DNA from: an uncultured Myxococcales bacterium
GTDB lineage: Bacteria; Myxococcota; UBA4151
Direction: 5' to 3'
Length of the DNA: 42,634 nucleotides
NCBI GenBank assembly: GCA_964013405.1
Contig: CAXGWI010000016.1
Location: forward strand, 1 to 42,634
Under the pieces are notes generated by a model, which made no database searches, was not told the DNA's origin, and was given only the letters and a program-made list of their open reading frames with translations. Below are positions 36,332 to 42,634 of this stretch, in pieces (positions within the stretch are counted from its first letter, which is position 1; each line of letters starts with the position of its first letter). The position numbers and the translations under genes were made by a program.

Positions 36332-37306
36332 GTGCGCAAAGCGCTCAGTCTGAGCTTAGGTCTCGCCATCTCGGCCCTCGCCATCGTGTGGGGCTTCCGA
36401 GACTTGGACTGGGGGGGGATCCAACAGGGCTTGGCCCCCCTGTCTTGGTTCGCCACCGGGCTTTATGTGCTCAGTCTTCTCGCCATTCATTTCCTGCGGG
36501 CAGCCCGCTGGTCGCTGATGGTGCGAGCCCTCGACAATGAGGTCCCAGCGTATCCCCTCATCGGGATGAGTTTTCTCGGATTCGCCGGGGTCTTTCTTGT
36601 GCCCTTAAGACTCGGGGAGTTTGCTCGCCCCCTGTTGCTGAAAGCCCATAGCCGGATTGGCTTCTCTGCAGGCCTGGGAACGGTTGCCATCGAGCGGGCC
36701 GTTGATGGGCTCGTGATGACTGGCTTTTTGGTGGGCGCCATCCTGCTTGGGGCCGCACCGAGTGCCGGCATGCTGGCCACGGGGCTGATTGCGCTCGCCG
36801 TATTCGTGAGCGCAAGTCTGGCCTTTGTGGCCATGGCTCGATGGCCCCAGGCTTCCGAAGCCTTCTGGGGGCGCATGCTTAGGCCCTTCGGGGACCGTGT
36901 CCGTGAAGCCTTCCTGGGTCTCCTTCGGGGCTTTGTCGAGGGGCTCGGCTCCCTGCCAACCCATGGGTCTCGCTTGGTCTATCTGGGCCTGACGCTTTCC
37001 TACTGGGGCCTGAACGGCTGGGGCATGTGGTTCCTGGCCACCGAAATGGGTCTGCAGGTCAATCTGCAGGCTATGTTTGTGACGATGGCCATTCTCGTCG
37101 TGGGCATTATGGTTCCTGCTGGGCCGGGGGCGGTCGGAACGTTCCACGCGGCGATCATCTGGGGACTCAGCCATCTCTATGGAGTGGATAAGGCGGGGGC
37201 TGCTGCCTTTGCGTTGACCGTCCACGGACTTCAAGTGATCCACATGGTCGTGGTGGCGATTCCCTTTGTCGGATTGATTCGAAGGTCGGGAGCAGGAGAC
37301 GACTAA
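36332..37306 (+). CDS. UPF0104 / lysylphosphatidylglycerol-synthase-TM (flippase-like) membrane protein
   Basis: [34 protein letters not shown]; several hydrophobic helices; start GTG 36332 inferred. Confidence 0.85.
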   Translation: MRKALSLSLGLAISALAIVWGFRDLDWGGIQQGLAPLSWFATGLYVLSLLAIHFLRAARWSLMVRALDNEVPAYPLIGMSFLGFAGVFLVPLRLGEFARPLLLKAHSRIGFSAGLGTVAIERAVDGLVMTGFLVGAILLGAAPSAGMLATGLIALAVFVSASLAFVAMARWPQASEAFWGRMLRPFGDRVREAFLGLLRGFVEGLGSLPTHGSRLVYLGLTLSYWGLNGWGMWFLATEMGLQVNLQAMFVTMAILVVGIMVPAGPGAVGTFHAAIIWGLSHLYGVDKAGAAAFALTVHGLQVIHMVVVAIPFVGLIRRSGAGDD

Positions 37307-37704
37307 TCGTCGTCGTCCATATAGTCGCCGATTTCAGACAAAGCCTCGGCTTCTAACTGCCGGACTCGTTCCCGGGTCAGGTTGAGCAGGCGGCCGACCT
37401 CTTCGAGTGTGATCCCACCTCGATCGGCCACGTCGAGTGCGCAGGTCTCCTCCAGTTCATGGACTTCCTTGCCGGGAAAGTTGAACTTGATAGAGCCCGT
37501 GCGGGGGTTCACGTCGAGAAAGAGGTGGAACCGGCAGGCCACATAAAGGCAGGGCCTTGGTCCGAATTTGCAGTCATCACGGGTCATTGGACGAGCGTAA
37601 GGTTCGGGTTCGACCCAGTCGCCTTTTGCAATCGCTGCGCGCCGGTCTCGCAGCATTTGTTTGCGCGAGAGGGTTCGCAGGGGCTTATCGTCAACAGCGC
37701 TCAT
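37303..37704 (-). CDS. Stand-alone sigma70 region-4-like HTH protein with a Cys/His-rich N-terminal module
   Basis: C-terminal [23 protein letters not shown] matches sigma70 region 4.2; N-terminal RPMTRDDC...[12 protein letters not shown]...TCALDVA. Confidence 0.85.
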   Translation of the reverse strand: MSAVDDKPLRTLSRKQMLRDRRAAIAKGDWVEPEPYARPMTRDDCKFGPRPCLYVACRFHLFLDVNPRTGSIKFNFPGKEVHELEETCALDVADRGGITLEEVGRLLNLTRERVRQLEAEALSEIGDYMDDDD

Positions 37705-37848
37705 CTGGCCTGGCAGTAACGAGGGGCGGCCCTTGGGGTCAAGCCCCTGCCGGAGCGCCGGGTGTGCATCACGAAAATGGATTGGGAAATACCGGGTGCG
37801 AAAGCGCTCTCCATCGCCGTGCCTCCCTTGGGAATCGGGGCGACTTAG

Positions 37849-40479
37849 CTAGCGAACAAAGACACCGCCGAGGCTCGTACAGCCACCGCTGTTGCCATCG
37901 GAATAGCCAGCAGTGCCACAGTTGTCTTGCCAGTCCCCTCGGGTCGTCCAATCAGTCCAGTTATAGTTGTCCGGACCAAAGCCCAGCAGGACGCTCACAT
38001 CATCTCGGTTCACATAGCGTCGCTCTCTCGGGCTGTAATTATTTGCCGCAGCTCTAGAGCTTCTTGTGACGACGAAGAACATGGCATCATTCGGGCCTGC
38101 AGTTTGCGACATCCGAAAGGACAGAGCCTCGGTTTCTGCGTGGCCGGCGATGTTTGGGCTCCGGTTGGTGACTGCGTGGGGGGCATCGGTATTGTAATCC
38201 ACGCCATAGCTGCCATTACAACAACTGCGGATCTGTTCATCGAGGGTTCGGTTACCCTCGGCCACCCCATGGAAACTGGCCCATGTGGTGGTGTTGTCTA
38301 AGTCACCCATTTTGACGAGGACATCGCTGAAGTCCAGTCGGTTGAAGGAGCGGATGAAGCCGTTCGCGTTCGTGACATCCTGGTTCATCATGTCGTCATA
38401 GCTTTCGACGAGGGTTCCCTTGATCGCCAGCGTCCAGCCGCCACCGTCGGTCGTCATGTCGCAGAGGGTCCGGAAAGCACCGTCTCCACTGGGGTTGATC
38501 CAGTAGATGCCAGAGGTCAAATCCGGAAAGCGCTCCTTTAAAGCCTGACAATGAAGGCCTGCTTGGTCAGCCGTCGCACCGTTTTCTGGGGGCTGGCAGT
38601 CATTACTGCAGTCGTCATCGTCGACCTCATTGCCGTCGTCACAGGCCTCATCTTCATGGACGAACCCGTCACCGCAAGCCGGCAGTTCGCAGGCATTGGT
38701 GCAGTCGTCGGCATTGACCCCATTGCCGTCATCACAGGCCTCGACGCCCACGTAATGTTGGCCGTCACCGCAGCGCGCGGCCGTACAGTTGATGAGACAG
38801 GCATCGTTTTGAAGATCGTTGCCATCATCGCAGTCTTCGATGCCCGCTTGGGTATGGCCATCGCCACATCGAGCTTGAGTGCAGTCGTCTAGGCAACTGT
38901 CGGTTTGGACGTCATTGCCATCGTCACAGGCTTCGACCCCAACATGTCGGATGCCGTCGCCGCAACGGGCAGAGACACAGTCGTTGGTGCATTCGTCACC
39001 GTTGGCCCGGTTGCCGTCGTCGCACTCCTCGACCCCTTGGCGGACAATCCCATCGCCACAGCCTGGCGCTTGGCAGGCTCGAGTGCAGTCATCGTCATCG
39101 GCATCGTTTCCGTCATCGCAGTCCTCCCAGAGGGAGCGGATTCCATCACCGCACACGGCCGCAAGACAGGCGTTCGTGCAGGCATCTTCATCGACAACAT
39201 TGCCGTCGTCACAGGCTTCAAAGCCTTCTGCTTCTGGCTCGAGGTCTCGCCGGGTGACCCCGTCGCCACAACTGGCGATGGCACAGTTGTTTCGGCAGGC
39301 GTCCCGATCCTCACGGTTGCCGTCGTCACAGTCTTCTCCAGCCTGAACGAGGCCGTCACCGCAGCGAGGTAGCTCGCAGGCGTTACTGCAACCGTCGTCA
39401 TCGACTCGATTCCCGTCGTCGCAGGCCTCGGCGCCGGCCCAATGAATCCCATCGCCACATTGGGCCCGGCGACAGGTATTGGTGCAGCCATCCTGATCCA
39501 CGCCGTTGCCATCGTCACAGTCTTCAAAGCGTTCATCTTCGGGTTGAAGGTCGGTGCGGACCCGGCCATCGCCGCAGGTGGCTAAAGCACAATTGTTGAG
39601 GCAGGCGTCTCGATCCTCCCGGTTGCCATCATCACATTGTTCGCCCCCTTGAACGAGGCCATCGCCACAACTACCACGCTGACAGTTGTGACAGCTGTCG
39701 GAAGGGTCGTCGTTGCCATCGTCGCAGCCTTCTCCTGGACCGATGACGCCGTCGCCGCAGACATTGGTCATGCAGTTGTTTCGACAGGCGTCGTTGTCCA
39801 CCTGGTTGCCGTCATCGCAGGCTTCGTAGCCGTCCTCCCCCGCTTCGAGTCCCCGGCGGAGGATGCCATCGCCGCAGCGGGCGGGTTCACAGTTAGTGCG
39901 GCAGGCATCGTCATCGAAGCGATTGCCATCGTCGCAGATTTCTTCGCCCTGGATAATCCCATCGCCACAGCCGGGAAGTTCACAGTCGTTGGTGCAGTCG
40001 TCACCGGCTTCATCATTGGCATCATCACAGGCTTCGACGCCGCGCTGGACGAGCCCATCACCACACTGGGCCGGAACACAGCCAGCGACGCAGGCATCAT
40101 CGTCGGCGGCGTTGCCGTCGTCACAGACCTCGAAGCCCAACTCCCCCTCAGCCAGGTCGTTGCGAACGACACCGTCCCCGCAGCGGGCTAAACGGCAGTC
40201 GTTCCGACAGGCGTCCTGATCGACGGTGTTGCCGTCATCGCATTCCTCGAAACCATCGCTTTGGGGGTCCCCGTCCGCTCGCGTGATCGAGTCGCCGCAG
40301 CGGGCGAGGGTGCATTCATTGGTACATGCATCCCCAGTGACCTCATTGCCATCGTCGCAGGATTCGTCGGCCTCGATGCTGCCATTGCCACATTCGGAAG
40401 GCACATCTCGAACCACGACCTGCTCGGGACAGGCGGCCAAGAAGACGAGCGCAAAGAGGATCAAGGGTTGTTGACGCAT
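37849..40479 (-). CDS. Lipoprotein with 18 Myxococcus-type Cys-rich repeats (DUF4215-like) and a C-terminal fibrinogen-like domain
   Basis: Lipobox LAA-C; 18 x CG(D/N)G...E.CDD(G/A)N....D.C...C; then SGIYWINP...[13 protein letters not shown]. Confidence 0.9.
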   Translation of the reverse strand: MRQQPLILFALVFLAACPEQVVVRDVPSECGNGSIEADESCDDGNEVTGDACTNECTLARCGDSITRADGDPQSDGFEECDDGNTVDQDACRNDCRLARCGDGVVRNDLAEGELGFEVCDDGNAADDDACVAGCVPAQCGDGLVQRGVEACDDANDEAGDDCTNDCELPGCGDGIIQGEEICDDGNRFDDDACRTNCEPARCGDGILRRGLEAGEDGYEACDDGNQVDNDACRNNCMTNVCGDGVIGPGEGCDDGNDDPSDSCHNCQRGSCGDGLVQGGEQCDDGNREDRDACLNNCALATCGDGRVRTDLQPEDERFEDCDDGNGVDQDGCTNTCRRAQCGDGIHWAGAEACDDGNRVDDDGCSNACELPRCGDGLVQAGEDCDDGNREDRDACRNNCAIASCGDGVTRRDLEPEAEGFEACDDGNVVDEDACTNACLAAVCGDGIRSLWEDCDDGNDADDDDCTRACQAPGCGDGIVRQGVEECDDGNRANGDECTNDCVSARCGDGIRHVGVEACDDGNDVQTDSCLDDCTQARCGDGHTQAGIEDCDDGNDLQNDACLINCTAARCGDGQHYVGVEACDDGNGVNADDCTNACELPACGDGFVHEDEACDDGNEVDDDDCSNDCQPPENGATADQAGLHCQALKERFPDLTSGIYWINPSGDGAFRTLCDMTTDGGGWTLAIKGTLVESYDDMMNQDVTNANGFIRSFNRLDFSDVLVKMGDLDNTTTWASFHGVAEGNRTLDEQIRSCCNGSYGVDYNTDAPHAVTNRSPNIAGHAETEALSFRMSQTAGPNDAMFFVVTRSSRAAANNYSPRERRYVNRDDVSVLLGFGPDNYNWTDWTTRGDWQDNCGTAGYSDGNSGGCTSLGGVFVR
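38592..40392 (-). repeat. Tandem array of 18 degenerate coding repeats (30-39 codons each)
   Basis: Recurring plus-strand motif TTGCC(G/A)TC(G/A)TC(G/A)CA (CDDGN on the minus strand). Confidence 0.9.
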
Positions 40480-40733
40480 GAAGACTTCTCCCGGCCGGGA
40501 GTGTGCCTGGTCTCTCGATCCTCGAAAAGGGAGGGCCTGAGTATCGGTTCCCGGGCATCGAACCCCAGCCTAGGGCCTGGTCCTGCGCATCAACAAAGGG
40601 GCTGAGAAATCGCGTCAAAGGAGCGGCAGCTCGCCAGGGAGTTGAGGGCCACTGCCCCCTTCTATTTTTTGCGCTTTAACTGTCCTTGCCGGCCACTCAC
40701 TTTGGCCGTATCCAGCCGGCGCTGGAGGCAGGC

Positions 40734-42245
40734 ATGACCATTCGCCGAGCACTGATCTCCGTCTCTGACAAAACGGGAGTCGCCGACCTAGGCCGGGCCC
40801 TGGCTGCGGCCGATGTACAGATTCTCTCCACGGGAGGGACCGCCAAAGCCTTAGAGGCGGCTGGGGTGCCTGTGACCAAAGTCAGCGACCACACCGGCAG
40901 CCCCGAAGTTTTCGGCGGGCGGGTAAAAACACTGCACCCGAAAATCCATGGTGGCATCCTCTTTAACCGGGCCCTGGAAGACCATGTGAACGAGGCGGCC
41001 CAGCAGGGCATCGACGCCATCGACTTGGTGGTGGTCAATCTCTACCCCTTCGCCGAGACCATCGCTCAGCCCGGCTGCACCCGTCCGTCGGCCGTGGAGC
41101 AGATCGATATCGGCGGTCCCTGTATGGTGCGAGCTGCCGCGAAGAATCACGCCAGCGTCTCCATCGTTGTCGACCCTTCCGATTACGAGGTCGTGATGGA
41201 TGAAATCCAAAATCAGGGCGACACCTCAATGGCCACCAGGGAGCAGCTGGCTGCGAAGGCCTTTGAGCATACGGCCGGTTACGACCGGATGATCGCGGAC
41301 TATCTCACAGGCCAGGGCCAGGATGGTCTCACCCTGCCTCCCGGTGAAGCCCTGCGCTATGGCGAGAACCCCCATCAAGAGGCTGGCTTTCACGCTTTTC
41401 CAGAAACCTCAGGGCCCTGCGGTTGCGAGCAACTCTCGGGCAAGGCCCTTTCCTACAATAATCTTCTCGATCTCGATGCAGCCCTCTGTCTGACCGATGA
41501 GTTCAGCGACGAGAATGCCGTCGCCATCATCAAGCACTGCAGTCCCTGTGGTGTGGCTCGGATTCAAAGTGATGATGTGGCTGACTGCTTCGAAAAGGCC
41601 CTCGCCTGTGATCCGGTGAGCGCTTTCGGTAGCATCGTCAGCTTCACCCGGCCTTTGGATTTGGCGGCGGCGGAGGCCCTCTGCCAACTCTTCGTCGAGG
41701 TGGTGGCCGCGCCCGGCTACAGTGAGGAGGCCTTGGAGCGCCTCATGCGCCGTAAGAACCTGCGCATCATGCGCCGGCTCGACGGCGTCGATACCCGCCC
41801 GAGACTGCGGAGTGTCCAAGGTGGACTGCTGGTTCAAGGCCCCGACCTCGGCGGTGAAGAGCGGCGAGATGTGGTGACAGAGCGGCCCCCAGAGCTTGCC
41901 GAGCAGCAAGCCATGGAACTGGCCTGGAAGGTGGTCAAACACGTTCGCTCCAACGCCATCGTCTTCGCCAATGCAGAGCAGGCGGTCGGTATCGGTGGCG
42001 GTCAGACGAGTCGGGTCGATGCAGCCGAGTTGGCGGTGAAAAGAGCCCTGTTGCCGCTCGAGGGGACAGCCGTCGGCAGCGACGCCTTCTTTCCTTTTCG
42101 GGATGGGCTCGATGTCCTGGCCAAGGCCGGGGCAACCGCTGTGATTCAGCCCGGTGGGTCGAAGCGGGATGATGAGGTCACCGAAGCGGCCAACGGGCAC
42201 GGCATGAGCATGGTGTTCACCGGCACCCGCCACTTCCGGCATTAG
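40734..42245 (+). CDS. purH: Bifunctional AICAR formyltransferase / IMP cyclohydrolase
   Basis: [60 protein letters not shown] 40734 follows GGAGG. Confidence 0.99.
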   Translation: MTIRRALISVSDKTGVADLGRALAAADVQILSTGGTAKALEAAGVPVTKVSDHTGSPEVFGGRVKTLHPKIHGGILFNRALEDHVNEAAQQGIDAIDLVVVNLYPFAETIAQPGCTRPSAVEQIDIGGPCMVRAAAKNHASVSIVVDPSDYEVVMDEIQNQGDTSMATREQLAAKAFEHTAGYDRMIADYLTGQGQDGLTLPPGEALRYGENPHQEAGFHAFPETSGPCGCEQLSGKALSYNNLLDLDAALCLTDEFSDENAVAIIKHCSPCGVARIQSDDVADCFEKALACDPVSAFGSIVSFTRPLDLAAAEALCQLFVEVVAAPGYSEEALERLMRRKNLRIMRRLDGVDTRPRLRSVQGGLLVQGPDLGGEERRDVVTERPPELAEQQAMELAWKVVKHVRSNAIVFANAEQAVGIGGGQTSRVDAAELAVKRALLPLEGTAVGSDAFFPFRDGLDVLAKAGATAVIQPGGSKRDDEVTEAANGHGMSMVFTGTRHFRH

Positions 42246-42255
42246 GGAGCGAGTC

Positions 42256-42634
42256 ATGCGGGCACTGGTCATCGGCTCTGGCGGGCGGGAACACGCGCTG
42301 GCTTGGCGGCTGGCCCAAAGTGATTCCGTGACAGAGGTCATCTCAGCGCCTGGCTCCGACGCGTTGCGTGGGGTAGGGCGCTGTTTCGATGTGGATGTGA
42401 GCGATCATGGTGCGGTGGGGGCGCTCTGTAATCAGCAGGGGGTTGGACTGGTGGTCATCGGCCCTGAAGCGCCGCTCGTCGATGGCCTTGCCGATAGTCT
42501 ACGGGCCTTGGGTTTGCCGGTGGTGGGCCCTGGGGCAGCCGCCGCCCAACTGGAGGGCTCGAAGGCCTATGCGAAGGCATTGATGGACCGCTGTGGCATT
42601 CCCACGGCGGCCTTCTCGGTCCATGAGTCCCTTG
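42256..42634 (+). CDS. purD: Phosphoribosylamine-glycine ligase (partial, runs off the window end)
   Basis: Manual translation [22 protein letters not shown]...[16 protein letters not shown]...[13 protein letters not shown]...GIPTA. Confidence 0.97.
   Translation, partial: MRALVIGSGGREHALAWRLAQSDSVTEVISAPGSDALRGVGRCFDVDVSDHGAVGALCNQQGVGLVVIGPEAPLVDGLADSLRALGLPVVGPGAAAAQLEGSKAYAKALMDRCGIPTAAFSVHESL

Noticed and set aside
37849..38100. Diversity-generating retroelement variable region
   Set aside because: No reverse transcriptase or template repeat is visible in the window; unsupported here
38592..40392. Regularly spaced DNA repeats that could suggest a CRISPR array
   Set aside because: The repeats are degenerate, in frame and vary at synonymous positions; they are protein repeats, and no cas genes are present
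40480..40733. Possible ZMP/ZTP or purine riboswitch upstream of purH
   Set aside because: I could not find the ZTP consensus elements (GACTGGCG...GTGGG...CGCCTGGG) or a purine aptamer pattern; an Rfam scan would settle it

Overview
A GC-rich bacterial chromosomal window, most likely from a Myxococcota/deltaproteobacterial lineage. That assignment is inferred from a CdbA-like RHH protein, Myxococcus-type Cys-rich repeats and giant metzincin lipoproteins. 1-13.3 kb: the 3' end of tuf, then the S10-spc-alpha ribosomal protein superoperon. It lacks rplC (rpsJ abuts rplD), map and rpsD, and has a structured ~115-nt spacer between rplW and rplB. 13.4-19.3 kb: maf, yggS, two hypothetical exported proteins, RNase D, a rhomboid protease and an HEXXH protein. 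19.3-37.3 kb: a dense cell-envelope/lipoprotein region. It holds a LEA_2 lipoprotein, a degenerate TonB-receptor-like barrel, a 53-aa CdbA-like gene missed by the ORF track, a Kelch lipoprotein operon, and two tandem paralogous ~1340-aa metzincin lipoproteins followed by a Cys-rich lipoprotein, a PHP tyrosine phosphatase and a UPF0104 flippase-like protein. 37.3-42.6 kb: a stand-alone sigma70 region-4 protein, an 18-repeat Cys-rich/fibrinogen-like lipoprotein, purH and the start of purD. I recognised no rRNA, tRNA, CRISPR array, integrase, transposase or reverse transcriptase. All calls are from motif recognition by eye; no searches were run.
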